NCBI RefSeq assembly: GCF_000008625.1
Contig: NC_000918.1
Coordinates: 690,001-722,000, forward strand
Length of the DNA stretch: 32,000 nucleotides
Direction of reading: 5' to 3'
DNA from: Aquifex aeolicus VF5
GTDB lineage: Bacteria > Aquificota > Aquificia > Aquificales > Aquificaceae
Made by a program: the position numbers and the translations under genes. Positions 16,460 through 30,652 of the stretch are shown one piece after another. Position 1 is the stretch's first letter. Every line of letters starts with the position of its first letter. The notes under the pieces are model-generated. The model did not search any database. It had not been told where the DNA came from and worked only from the letters and a program-made list of their open reading frames with translations.

Positions 16460-17454
16460 AAAAAATTCTTCTCTCTCACGGAGGAGGCGGTGAAGAAACG
16501 CAGAAACTTATAAAGAACCTCTTTTTAAAGTACTTTTCAAACGAAATTTTAAACAAACTTGAAGACGCCTCACTCCTTAATCTGAGCGGTAAGGTTGCCT
16601 TCACAACGGATGCCTTCACGGTTTCACCGATATTTTTCAGGGGAGGGGATATCGGAAAACTGGCCGTTGCCGGGACTGTAAACGACCTTTCGGTTATGGG
16701 CGCAAGGCCTAAATATCTTTCCGTTTCCTTCGTAATAGAGGAAGGTCTCTCCTTTGAAGAACTTGAAGAGGTAGTAAAGAGTATGGCACAAGAAGCGTCA
16801 AAGACGGGCGTTCAGATAGTAGCGGGGGACACGAAGGTAGTTCCCAAAGGGCAGGCGGACAAGTTGTTCATTTCCGCGTCCGGAATAGGAGAAGTCGTTT
16901 ACGAAGGGCTTTCCGCCCACAACTTGAGAGAGGGAAACGTGATAATAGTTTCGGGAAGCGTGGGAGACCACGGAGCTTGTATCCTGGCACAGAGAGAAGG
17001 TATGGAGTTTGAAGTTCCCGTGGAGAGCGATTGTAAGAGTTTGTGGAACATGATTGAAAAGGTTTTGAGTAGCGGTGCTGAAGTTCACGCCATCAGGGAC
17101 GCAACGAGAGGCGGACTTGCAGGTGTTCTGAACGAGTGGGCAGAGCAATCAAAGGTAACCATAGAAGTTGAAGAGGAAAAGATTCCCGTAAAAGAAGCCG
17201 TGAGGGGACTTTGTGAACTCCTCGGATTTGAACCGACTCACCTCGCAAACGAGGGAATGGCAGTATTTGCAGTGGCATCCCAAGACGCCCAAAAGGTTTT
17301 AGAAATCCTTCGCTCCACTCCCGAAGGCAAGGAAGCCCAGATTATAGGAAAGGTGGTTAAAAAGGGAGAGCCGAAGGTAATACTTAGCACTCCTTACGGA
17401 GTAAAGAGGGTTATGGAACCGCCGGCGGGAGAACTCCTTCCGAGGATTTGCTAA
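16456..17454 (+). CDS. hypE: Hydrogenase maturation protein HypE
   Basis: 332 aa; SHGGGGEETQKLI, AFTTDAFTVSPIFFRGGDIGKLAVAGTVNDLSVMGARP, C-terminal PRIC. Confidence 0.96.
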   Translation: MKKILLSHGGGGEETQKLIKNLFLKYFSNEILNKLEDASLLNLSGKVAFTTDAFTVSPIFFRGGDIGKLAVAGTVNDLSVMGARPKYLSVSFVIEEGLSFEELEEVVKSMAQEASKTGVQIVAGDTKVVPKGQADKLFISASGIGEVVYEGLSAHNLREGNVIIVSGSVGDHGACILAQREGMEFEVPVESDCKSLWNMIEKVLSSGAEVHAIRDATRGGLAGVLNEWAEQSKVTIEVEEEKIPVKEAVRGLCELLGFEPTHLANEGMAVFAVASQDAQKVLEILRSTPEGKEAQIIGKVVKKGEPKVILSTPYGVKRVMEPPAGELLPRIC

Positions 17455-17801
17455 TGCACGAGTTTTCAATAGTTCAGAGTCTTCTCACACTGATAGAAGA
17501 TTACGCAAGGGAGAACAACGCAAAAAGCGTTACGAAGGTCGTTGTAAGTATAGGCGTCCTTTCTGGCGTAGAACCGCACCTTCTTGAGATGGCTTTCAAC
17601 ACCTTTAAAGAAGGAACGGTTGCTGAAAAGGCGGAGCTTATTATGGAAATAGAGAAGTTGAAGATAAAGTGTATGGACTGCGGGAAAGAGAGCGAAAAGG
17701 AAGAACTGAATATGCTCTGCCCCGGGTGCGGTTCCCTGAACACTCAGATAATAAGCGGGCAGGACATGTTTTTAAAGAGTTTGGAATTAGAAGTTGATTG
17801 A
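17454..17801 (+). CDS. hypA: Hydrogenase nickel incorporation protein HypA
   Basis: MHEFSIVQSLLTLIEDYA start at ATG 17454; zinc motifs CMDCGKES...CPGCGSLN. Confidence 0.96.
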   Translation: MHEFSIVQSLLTLIEDYARENNAKSVTKVVVSIGVLSGVEPHLLEMAFNTFKEGTVAEKAELIMEIEKLKIKCMDCGKESEKEELNMLCPGCGSLNTQIISGQDMFLKSLELEVD

Positions 17802-18835
17802 TGTTAATTTTACTGGACACAGGTATTCACGAAGTTGCATTCTTTACAAAATACGAAAATTACACGCTCTGCACCGTTGGGAGGAGGGAAAACTCAAAGG
17901 AAGAGGCACTACTCGGCTACAATTTGAGGTTCTTTACCTTCGGGAATTCCTCTTATTCTTACACGGTAGAGACCGTAAAAAGAAAATGTCTTGCGGGAGT
18001 AGTTACTAAAGGGAATATAAACCTCGTGCTTTACACGGGAAATGGAATACAAAATGTTTACGAGTTTTCTTCAAACGGAGAACTTATGCTGTGGCAACTG
18101 CTAAAAACGGAAAAGGGTTACTTTTTGGTCGGCGGTGTGAAGCGAAACAACTGGGACGCCTTCGTAGCATTTCTTGACAGGAACTTTAAGGTTAAGTGGA
18201 AGAAAAGGCTTGACTTTTTGGAGGAGTACTTTTACTCGGTTGCCGAGAAAGGGAACAAAGTTTACGCGGTAGGGAGAATAAAGAGGGGGAAAAACTGGGA
18301 TGCCCTCGTTTGCATCTTTTCGGATAACGGAAAACTTCTGGAGAGTTATTCAATAGGTTCTGAGGGGAAGGACTACTTCAGGTTTGTAAAAAATTTAGGC
18401 GGAGAAGTAATAGCCGTAGGAAGGAGCGAGGATAAGTTCGGAGACAGCGATTTTTTAATTTACGACTTTAAAAATTACTACCTCTACGACTCGGGGGAGT
18501 ACGATTACGCAAGGGCTGTAAACTCCTACGGAAACAGCTACGTGATTGCGGGTGAAACGAGGTTTAAGGGAAATAACGACGGGATTTTTATTCTTCTCAG
18601 CAAAAACTTCAGACCTGTTAGGGCATTTAAAATCGGCTGGGAAAACACGGATGCGGTACGCTTTATGGACAACCTGTTTTTCACAGGATACACTTACTCC
18701 CTTTCCTTTTCCGCGGACCTGATTTTGGGAGTGTTTTCAGAAGATTTTGAAAAGGTTGATGTAAAAAAGGTAAATAGAGTTCTTAAAAAGGAAAAAGTTC
18801 ACTTGAGAGACTTCCTTTCAAGCTCCTGCGTTTAA
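17801..18835 (+). CDS. Hypothetical protein with propeller-like internal repeats
   Basis: 344 aa from ATG 17801 (overlaps the hypA stop); recurrent segments such as YAVGRIKRGKNWDALVCIFSDNGK, IAVGRSEDKFGDSDFLIYDF, VIAGETRFKGNNDGIFILLS. Confidence 0.75.
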   Translation: MLILLDTGIHEVAFFTKYENYTLCTVGRRENSKEEALLGYNLRFFTFGNSSYSYTVETVKRKCLAGVVTKGNINLVLYTGNGIQNVYEFSSNGELMLWQLLKTEKGYFLVGGVKRNNWDAFVAFLDRNFKVKWKKRLDFLEEYFYSVAEKGNKVYAVGRIKRGKNWDALVCIFSDNGKLLESYSIGSEGKDYFRFVKNLGGEVIAVGRSEDKFGDSDFLIYDFKNYYLYDSGEYDYARAVNSYGNSYVIAGETRFKGNNDGIFILLSKNFRPVRAFKIGWENTDAVRFMDNLFFTGYTYSLSFSADLILGVFSEDFEKVDVKKVNRVLKKEKVHLRDFLSSSCV

Positions 18836-19945
18836 GATGAGGCTTTCGCCTTTTCAAGCGTATCCTTTACTTCTTTCCTTACCTCTCCTCCTCTCCAGGG
18901 GTCCTTTAGGGTTTCGAGCATGTACGAGCGGTCCACCTCGTCGTCAAACTCTTCAAAGTCTATACTCTTTAAAAGCTCTTTTGCTTTATTGTTTAGCTTT
19001 TCCGGCACTTCCCTTCCCGAAAGCTCGCACCAGATTAGGGTCCATGCCCTTGCGAGGGCGTAAGGATGGTATCCGCCTCCTCCGAGGTATACTCCCTCCC
19101 CGAAAACCTCACGAACGATGTTGAAAGCTTTTAAAAAGGCAACGTTTGAGAGGTTGAACTTGGAAAGGTAATCTTCAAGGAGTGGGTCAGTTCCGAGTTG
19201 AAGAAGGTAAACCTCGGGCTCAAATACTTCTTTGACTATTTCCAGAGATTTTTCTAGGGCAAAGAGGAACTCGTTGTCGTTCAAGCCCTTTGGCAGGGGA
19301 ATGTTCAGGTTGTAGCCCTTTCCTTTTCCTTCTCCTATCTCCTCCAGGAAGCCCTTCTCAAAGGGAAAGGCGTACTCGGGCGACTGGTGAAGGGACAGGA
19401 CGAACACCTGGTCTGTATCGTAAAAGGCTTCCTGAACACCGTCGCAGTGGTGGGCATCAAGGTCTATGTAGAGTATTCTCTTAAAGCCTTTTTTTCTCAA
19501 GTACTCAATTCCCACAGCGGGGTCGTTTATGTAGCAAAAGCCGTTTGCCCTGCTTTTAAAAGCGTGGTGCATACCTCCCGCGGGATTGAAAGCTACATTT
19601 CCCTTTAAAAATTCCTCTATCGCCTGCACTGTTGAACCCGTTGCGAGAGAAGAGCCTGTAAACATCGCGTAAGATACGGGGTTTTCGTATCCGCCTATGT
19701 TGTACTTTTCCCTAGCTCCCTTCGGAACGCACTGACACCTTTCCGCTTCCATTAAAGTGTTTATGTAGTCTTCCGTGTGGAATAAAAGGAGTTCTTCTTT
19801 AGTTGCGGGTCTGCTCTTGATTAATTCCTTCTCATCTATAAGGTTCATGGCATCTAAAAACCTAAGGAGTAGGGAAACTCTTGGTATTTTAAGAGGATGG
19901 TTTTTGGGATATCTGTACTTTCCGTAGTCTAAAGTTCCGATAAGT

Positions 19946-19959
<14 letters not shown>
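18832..19959 (-). CDS. Histone deacetylase-like / acetoin utilization (AcuC) family protein
   Basis: 375 aa; FNPAGGMHHAFKSRANGFCYINDPAVGI, YIDLDAHHCDGVQEAFY. Recognised as the A. aeolicus HDLP used in HDAC structural work. Confidence 0.97.
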
Positions 19960-23174
<3,215 letters not shown>

Positions 23175-23570
23175 TTAACTAGTCAGCCCCTCCTCCTTGA
23201 GCTTTTCTTTTTCCCCTTCTTTCAAGGGTTCGCACCTGTTCACGTTTCCAAAACACTCGGGACAAAGGTCAAAAAACACCAAGACTCCGAGTCCCCCGAG
23301 CATCATGTTAACCTGAGTCACCACGAGGTTTTCCTGCCTTTCGGGGAGTATCTGATACTCCTCTAAGGTTTTACCGCAGAGGGTTTTGTTTTCAGCGTCC
23401 CCCAGCATGTGGAACTGAAAGACGAGCCTCTTTGTCCTCCTGCACTTCATCCACTTGGGCTTTAGGTCAAGAATCACGAACTTTATCTCAACGTTCTGGT
23501 CCGCTATCCAGCCTTTTTCCTTTGCCTTTTCTAAGAGTTTTTTCATCTTTTCAGGGTCCATCAACTGCAT
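23175..23570 (-). CDS. Hypothetical protein with Cys-rich C-terminal part
   Basis: 131 aa; DLCPECFGNVNRC; immediately upstream of gyrB on the same strand. Confidence 0.65.
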   Translation of the reverse strand: MQLMDPEKMKKLLEKAKEKGWIADQNVEIKFVILDLKPKWMKCRRTKRLVFQFHMLGDAENKTLCGKTLEEYQILPERQENLVVTQVNMMLGGLGVLVFFDLCPECFGNVNRCEPLKEGEKEKLKEEGLTS

Positions 23571-23653
23571 TCTCTTTCCTCCTCCTTTTCAGAATATACC
23601 TCTCAAGAAGTTAATTCAATGAGACTCTTCACTTTTGTTAAAAAGTGATATTC

Positions 23654-23836
23654 ATGCGTTTGTTCGTTATGGTGTTTTTCTTAATTTACGGCCTCATGCA
23701 TTACTACCTCTACAGGAAAACGCTTTCCGCCTTCAATCTGTCCCCAATACGTAGGATGCTTTTTGCACTCTTTTTTATTTTCACAACTGAGAACGCCAAG
23801 TTAAGGGTGAGGAGAGTGGGGAATTTATACTTTTAA
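23654..23836 (+). CDS. Short membrane ORF, possibly a truncated N-terminus of a larger protein
   Basis: 61 aa from ATG 23654, MRLFVMVFFLIYGLMHYYLYRKTLSAFNLSPIRRMLFALFFIF...; ends 3 bp before the selD stop at the AT-rich junction. Confidence 0.4.
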   Translation: MRLFVMVFFLIYGLMHYYLYRKTLSAFNLSPIRRMLFALFFIFTTENAKLRVRRVGNLYF

Positions 23837-23838
23837 TT

Positions 23839-24849
<1,011 letters not shown>

Positions 24850-24927
24850 ACTACTTAAGTTTATAAAGAATGTTCCACTCTTTTGTTTTTAATTTTCTAA
24901 ATGAGCAAATGGGGAAAATTTGAAATT

Positions 24928-26286
24928 TTATATACTTAATAGTTCTTGTAAAGTTTTTTTAATAGTTTTCAAGTCTTCATGGAATACCGTTCGCATATCA
25001 AAGAGCAGTTGGTCTTCCCTTATTCTACACACAATAGGTGGTTCCGCTAATCTTAGTCTTCTACTTAATTCCTGAGAAGACAAACGATCGTGTCTAATTG
25101 CCACACAGTAAGTAGGAAGTTCTAATTCAGGCAGGGATCCACCTCCTGGTTTTGCTTTATCCTTAATAACCGATATTTTAAGCCCAGGTATATCTTTTAA
25201 AAGTTTTTCTAATCTCTTTGCCTTCTGTCTCAACGCTTTTTCATCCTGTGTAAGCATGCGTATAACAGGTATATCCTCGTATCGCTTCTCAAAGTATAGT
25301 TTAAGCGTCATCTCCAGACCTGATAAAGTTAACTTATCTATCCTTAAAGCCCTTGCAATGGGATTTTTCTTTATTTTTTCTATTAGGTTCTTCTTTCCTA
25401 CAATAATTCCCGCTTGAGGTCCACCTAATAACTTATCTCCACTGCCAGAAACTAAATCTATTCCTAAGGATATACAATCTCTGAAATTAGGTTCATCAAC
25501 TGATATTCCAAATTCTTTAAGATTTATCAGTAAACCACTACCAGCATCATAGTACGTAGGAATACCGTACTTATGTCCTAATTTTACAAGGTCTTCCAAT
25601 TTTACTTCTTCTACAAAACCTTCCATGTAGAAATTACTTTTGTGTACTTTCATAAGTAAAGCTGTGTTTTGGTTTATAGCACCTTCGTAGTCGCTCACCT
25701 TTGTCTTATTTGTTGTTCCCACTTCTCTTAAAATAGCTCCTGATTTTTTCATTATGTCTGGAATTCTAAAACTACCACCTATTTCTACAAGTTCTCCTCT
25801 AGATATGATTACTTCTTTGCCTTCTGCTAAAGTATTTAAAACAAGAAATACAGCTCCAGCATTGTTATTGACAACAAAAGAAGATTCTGCTCCCGTAAGT
25901 TCATTTAAATACTTTTCTATATGTGCTATTCTTGAACCTCTTTTTCCTTCCTCAAGGTTGTACTCCAGATTTGAATAACCATTAGCTATTTCGGATATGA
26001 AATTAATTACATCCTTACTAAGAGGTGCTCTACCCAAATTTGTATTTATCACCACTCCCGTAGCATTTATTACTCTTTTTATATTAGGCTTCATTAAACT
26101 TTTTATTTTTCTCTCTACATCTTCTAAAAAACCATTTAAATCCTTTCTTTTACCCTCTATTATTTCTTTTCTATATTTTTCCGCAACTTCTCTTGCTGCC
26201 TTAACCACATATATTTCTGGATATTTTTTTTTAAATATTTCAACTACTTTTGATATTTGTGGTATCTGTCTGAGTAGACTTTTCAT
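24928..26286 (-). CDS. selA: L-seryl-tRNA(Sec) selenium transferase
   Basis: 452 aa; NATGVVINTNLGRAPLS, YSNLEYNLEEGKRGSR, LVSGSGDKLLGGPQAGIIVGKK. Confidence 0.97.
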   Translation of the reverse strand: MKSLLRQIPQISKVVEIFKKKYPEIYVVKAAREVAEKYRKEIIEGKRKDLNGFLEDVERKIKSLMKPNIKRVINATGVVINTNLGRAPLSKDVINFISEIANGYSNLEYNLEEGKRGSRIAHIEKYLNELTGAESSFVVNNNAGAVFLVLNTLAEGKEVIISRGELVEIGGSFRIPDIMKKSGAILREVGTTNKTKVSDYEGAINQNTALLMKVHKSNFYMEGFVEEVKLEDLVKLGHKYGIPTYYDAGSGLLINLKEFGISVDEPNFRDCISLGIDLVSGSGDKLLGGPQAGIIVGKKNLIEKIKKNPIARALRIDKLTLSGLEMTLKLYFEKRYEDIPVIRMLTQDEKALRQKAKRLEKLLKDIPGLKISVIKDKAKPGGGSLPELELPTYCVAIRHDRLSSQELSRRLRLAEPPIVCRIREDQLLFDMRTVFHEDLKTIKKTLQELLSI

Positions 26287-26313
26287 AGATATTAAATTTA
26301 ATTAATAAGAGCA

Positions 26314-28062
26314 ATGAAGTATATTTTATTTGCAACGGCAGGTCATGTTGATCATGGAAAAACGACTTTGATAAAAACCCTCACAGGCATTGATACAGAT
26401 AGGCTTCCTGAAGAAAAGAAGAGAGGGCTTAGTATCGATATAGGGTTTGCTTATATAGATTTCCCCGATATAAATACAAGGTTAGAGATCATTGACGTTC
26501 CTGGACATGAAAGGTTTATAAAAAATGCTATAGCGGGTATTTGTTCAGCATCTGGATTGATTCTCGTAGTAGATCCAAATGAAGGGATAATGCCACAAAC
26601 AATAGAACACCTAAGAGTAGCAAAAAGTTTTGGTATAAAACATGGTATAGCTGTATTGACTAAGATGGATAAAGTAGATGAAGAACTTGCACATATAGCA
26701 GAAGAAGAGTTAATAGCATTTCTGGAAAAGGAAGAAATGAATATGGAAATCGTCAAAGTCTCTGCAGTAACAGGGCAAGGCATTGAAGATTTAAAAAATT
26801 CTATAAAAAAGCTATTGGAAAGTATTAATAATCTGAATAAACATAAGCCGCTACGTATATTTGTAGATTCTGCGTTTGTTGTAAAAGGATACGGGACAGT
26901 TTTAAGAGGAAGCTGTTTTGAAGGAGAGGTTAAGGAAGGTGATAAGGTAGTAGTAGAACCTATAGGGGTTATTTCAAGAGTTAGAAAAATGCAGAACCAC
27001 GGAGTGTTCGTAAAGAAAGCTGTTGCAGGAGAAAGAATTGCTTTAAATTTACCCGAAGTGGATGCAAAAAAAGTAAAAAGAGGCTTTTTAATTTTAAAGC
27101 CTGAAAGTTATGAGAAGAGTAATGTTCTTATTGTAAAAACCGAAATAGATCTTAAACCAGGGAAAATATATCAAGTATTTTTCGGTATGAGAGAAACGGT
27201 TGGAAAAATAAGTGTTATTGATAAGGGTATTTATCTGGTCAGACTTAAGGAAAATGCAATTGTACGCAGGGGAGACAAATTAGTCGTACTTGATTCTTCC
27301 GGAAACTTTTTAGGAGGTGCAGAAGTATTACATCCAAAAGTGAGAGTAACTAAAAAAGCTTTTATAAAAAAGAATATAAAAGATTTATTAGAAAACTTTG
27401 AATGTTATTTGCTGAAGGAAAGGGGACCCATAGGTCTAAAACTTGAGTTCTTTAAGAGAATTACAGGAGTAAGCCCAAAAGTAGCAAATTTGAAACCTGA
27501 AAGTATTGAAATAAGAGGGGTTTATTACTTGAAAGGATTTATTGAAAACTTAAAATTAAAGATAAAAAAATTTTTGGATACAGAACTTCAAAACGCTTTT
27601 GGTGTTGATAAAGAAAAAGTTAAAAGTATGTTTTCCTTAAATGAAGAATTACTCAAGTATATACTTGATGAACTAAAAACCTATAAAATTGTCAACGAAT
27701 TAATAATTGACGAAAGAAAAAGTGATCTTGAGAAGAATGAAGACTTTCAAAAGTTAATGTCTATTCTTAAAGGAGGAATAAAAGAGGAAAGGGAAATTAT
27801 ATTGGAAGGAATACCAAAGGAAATTCTCACTCTTTCTATAAAAAGAAAATACGCTCATAGAATAGGTGAATATCTCATAATATCCGATGAACTCTTAAAA
27901 AAGTATATTAATGAGCTGAAAGAACTTGGAAAGACGTTCAATGTTCAACAAGCTAAAAATAAACTTGGATTAACGAGGAAGTACCTTATCCCGCTTCTTG
28001 AGTATCTCGACTACTTAGGACTTACGGTAAGGGAAGGGAACGAGAGGAGGTGGAAGCGCTAA
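26314..28062 (+). CDS. selB: Selenocysteine-specific elongation factor
   Basis: 582 aa; FATAGHVDHGKTTLIKTLTGIDTDRLPEEKKRGLSIDIGFAYID; C-terminal winged-helix region. Confidence 0.97.
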   Translation: MKYILFATAGHVDHGKTTLIKTLTGIDTDRLPEEKKRGLSIDIGFAYIDFPDINTRLEIIDVPGHERFIKNAIAGICSASGLILVVDPNEGIMPQTIEHLRVAKSFGIKHGIAVLTKMDKVDEELAHIAEEELIAFLEKEEMNMEIVKVSAVTGQGIEDLKNSIKKLLESINNLNKHKPLRIFVDSAFVVKGYGTVLRGSCFEGEVKEGDKVVVEPIGVISRVRKMQNHGVFVKKAVAGERIALNLPEVDAKKVKRGFLILKPESYEKSNVLIVKTEIDLKPGKIYQVFFGMRETVGKISVIDKGIYLVRLKENAIVRRGDKLVVLDSSGNFLGGAEVLHPKVRVTKKAFIKKNIKDLLENFECYLLKERGPIGLKLEFFKRITGVSPKVANLKPESIEIRGVYYLKGFIENLKLKIKKFLDTELQNAFGVDKEKVKSMFSLNEELLKYILDELKTYKIVNELIIDERKSDLEKNEDFQKLMSILKGGIKEEREIILEGIPKEILTLSIKRKYAHRIGEYLIISDELLKKYINELKELGKTFNVQQAKNKLGLTRKYLIPLLEYLDYLGLTVREGNERRWKR

Positions 28063-29107
28063 GCCCTCACCAGTTTTATCCTGTAAACGAAGCTCTTTGG
28101 CTCGAGCCAGTTCAGGGGTTCACCTTTCACCTCCGCGTAAGGGTATCCAAACAGGTTCAGGGGTTTTACCCTCTGAGGGGGTTCTAAGACGAAGTCCCTT
28201 CCCCAGTTGTAGGCTATCCAGTGGGGATCCCAGTTTCCGAAGAAGTAGCGACGGGCGAAGTTCACCCTCGGATGATTGCGTGGAAGTTTTTCTTTGAGTA
28301 TAAGTTTTGTTACGTCCGCGGGATCTACCGGTATCCACTCCCCCGCCCAGAACTCTGCCCTGCAGTGCTGTGCCTTAGTTATGTCTTTACTTCCAGGCTT
28401 TATGGAGAGCCCCTCAGAAAAGCTCGAGGGTAGCACCCTTATACCGAAGACTTCCCTTGCCGGAATGCCCACCGATCTGCACAGTGCGACAAACAGGGAA
28501 CTCTGATCAGCAGACTTCCCTCCTATCTTCTCTCCCTTCTCAAGGAGTTCGAGCATGAGGTTAACGTCTCCTGGTCCACATCCATTTACCTTCTCGTCCC
28601 TGTAAGTATTATCCACAACAACCAGTTGTATATAGCCCAAGCCTTCTGAATGGGTGTTTTCTTTCCTTCGGTTATCCTCATCGCTATCTCTTTAACCTTT
28701 CCCTCGGTAGGGAGGTGTTTCGTGGATTGCAGGTAGAGAGCAAGTTCCTTAGGAGTTTTAAAATCTTAATCTACGAGACTCACCCTTCTGGGAGAAAACT
28801 CTACCGAAACTTCGAGCTTAAGAACTTTTTTGCTCTCCCCTCGAGGAAACTCGGCGTAGAGGGTAGGAGATCCATAGACCTTGTCCCTATAAATCCCTGC
28901 ACGCCTATAAGTTCCCTCAAACCTTAGATCTAGAACCCTCTGGTAATCAGTGTTTATAGGAACGGGAAGCCAGGGGCAAGCTTCTCCCTTGTAAGGTAAA
29001 TCTACATCGTAGCTAAAAGTAACTTTCCTTGAAGAGAAAGAGAAACTCGATAGCGTAAAGGATAAACCTAAGGCGGATGCTCCTTTTAGAAAATCTCTTC
29101 TATCCAT
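28059..29107 (-). pseudogene. Tat-exported transglutaminase-like protein, interrupted by an in-frame stop and a frameshift
   Basis: N-terminal part MDRRDFLKGASALGLSF...VSLVD* (stop at 28768-28766), reading on as DFKTPKELALYLQSTKHLPTEGKVKEIAMRITEGKKTPIQKAWAIYNW, then a frame change near 28620-28630 to VVVDNTYRDEKVNGCGPGDVNLMLE...LFVALCRSVGIPAREVFG...AQHCRAEFW (transglutaminase-like Cys/His). Confidence 0.75.
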
Positions 29108-29237
29108 AGTTAACAATCTCTTAATCCTAAAAAAATTCAAACGAAAGTTTAAAATTCTCCAAATTTTTTCTTCGAAACTCTAAATATAAATATCTTTTAA
29201 TAATTTTTATTTTATAAATGTAAAATATGGGAGGTTC

Positions 29238-29681
29238 TTAACGAAACAGATGATGGATAGAGAATAGAGCAAGAGCATAGCGAAGATAAAGGAAAGAGCG
29301 AAAAAAAGCTTTAGTTTTTCGTTTAAAGGCTACTAACTTATCCCTTAACTTAGAATGCAGAGCTTCATTTCTATTGACTCTCCCATACTTCCTCACTATG
29401 TGTCTGTCCCTCGGTAACCATTCATATACTCTATACGCATCCGTCTCATACTCCTCCGCTTCAGGCATTTTCGCCAAAATCTTTAAAAAAGTCCTTAAAC
29501 TCCTATCTCCCGCAAATAGAAATTTTTTTATGGTTCCATCTTTCAGTTCCACTACTACAGACCATATCCACACTTCATTCCCTTTTGTTCCTACATAACT
29601 CCACATCTCATCAGTAGGTTTGTTTTCCATGTTGTCTTCTGTTTTTACCACCTTTTCGCTCCCGTACTCAGGACACCTCAT
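29238..29681 (-). mobile_element. IS1-family transposase remnant
   Basis: 147 aa; DEMWSYVGTKGNEVWIWSVVV...GDRSLRTFLKIL...ETDAYRVYEWLPRDRHIVRKYGRVNRNEALHSKLRDKLVAFKRKTKAFFRS matches the IS1 catalytic region. N-terminal zinc finger is reduced to RCPEYGSEKVVK and the HTH region is missing. Confidence 0.82.
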
Positions 29682-29758
29682 AGCTTATATTCTCTTATCA
29701 TCTCTTTTGTGAACTACCATATGGAAAAGAGATGGTACGAAATTTATTTTTTCATTTT

Positions 29759-30652
29759 ATGAAGGATATTGATTTGAAATTGATTGAAATATTCTGTTAT
29801 GTTTATGAATATAAAAGTGTTACAAAAGCCTCAAGTGAACTTAATATGTCTCAATCTACTATTTCATTTCATATGAAAAATTTAGAAACTCAATTAGGCC
29901 AAAAGTTATTTTATCGTAAGGGAAAAACGCTGATTCCAACTGCGTTTGCGGATAAGTTATACGAGTATGCCACAGAGCTAACAAATTTCAAGAGACGTAT
30001 GCTTGAAGATATAACAAAGTTTTCTGGAAAAAACGGGGGTGTAATCAGAATAGGTGCCAGTAGTATTCCAGGAAACTACCTTCTTCCACAATTACTTGGG
30101 GAATTTATTGAAAATTTTAAAGGTTATGTAAACGTGGAGCTTAGAGTAAGTGATAGCCAGGATATATATGAAAAAGTAATAAATGGAGACGTAGATTTAG
30201 GAATTATAGGTTATCTGCCGAGAACAAATAAAGTGGATGCTATTAAATTTTATACCGATAGAATACTAATTGTAGGCAATCCAGAACTTGAAGATAAGGT
30301 ATATACCTTAGAAGAGCTGATAAACTTACCTTTAGTTATAAGAGAAGTTGGTTCAGGAACGAGAAGTATTGTTGAAGACAAATTAAGAGAAAAAGGTTTA
30401 TCCTTAAAAGAAATGAATATAGTAGCTGTATGTAACAGTAATGAAGCCGTTAAAAATACGCTTAAATACGTTAAGGGATTTTCCTTCCTTTCTAGCTATG
30501 TTGTAAAAGATGATAAGTTTTTGATTAAATTAAAAGTAAAAAATTTTGACGATATAACCAGACAGTTTTACTTAATTCGAGACAAAAAACGTCCCTTACC
30601 ATTTCTTACACAGGAGCTTATTAAGTTCTTAATAAAAGACATTTATGTTTAA
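29759..30652 (+). CDS. LysR-family transcriptional regulator
   Basis: 297 aa from ATG 29759, MKDIDLKLIEIFCYVYEYKSVTKASSELNMSQSTISFHMKNLETQLGQKLFYR (LysR HTH) plus effector domain. Confidence 0.93.
   Translation: MKDIDLKLIEIFCYVYEYKSVTKASSELNMSQSTISFHMKNLETQLGQKLFYRKGKTLIPTAFADKLYEYATELTNFKRRMLEDITKFSGKNGGVIRIGASSIPGNYLLPQLLGEFIENFKGYVNVELRVSDSQDIYEKVINGDVDLGIIGYLPRTNKVDAIKFYTDRILIVGNPELEDKVYTLEELINLPLVIREVGSGTRSIVEDKLREKGLSLKEMNIVAVCNSNEAVKNTLKYVKGFSFLSSYVVKDDKFLIKLKVKNFDDITRQFYLIRDKKRPLPFLTQELIKFLIKDIYV

Noticed and set aside
28766-28768. In-frame TAA in the transglutaminase gene considered as recoding
   Set aside because: TAA is not a selenocysteine codon and the gene has a second frame lesion, so pseudogenisation or sequence error is simpler.
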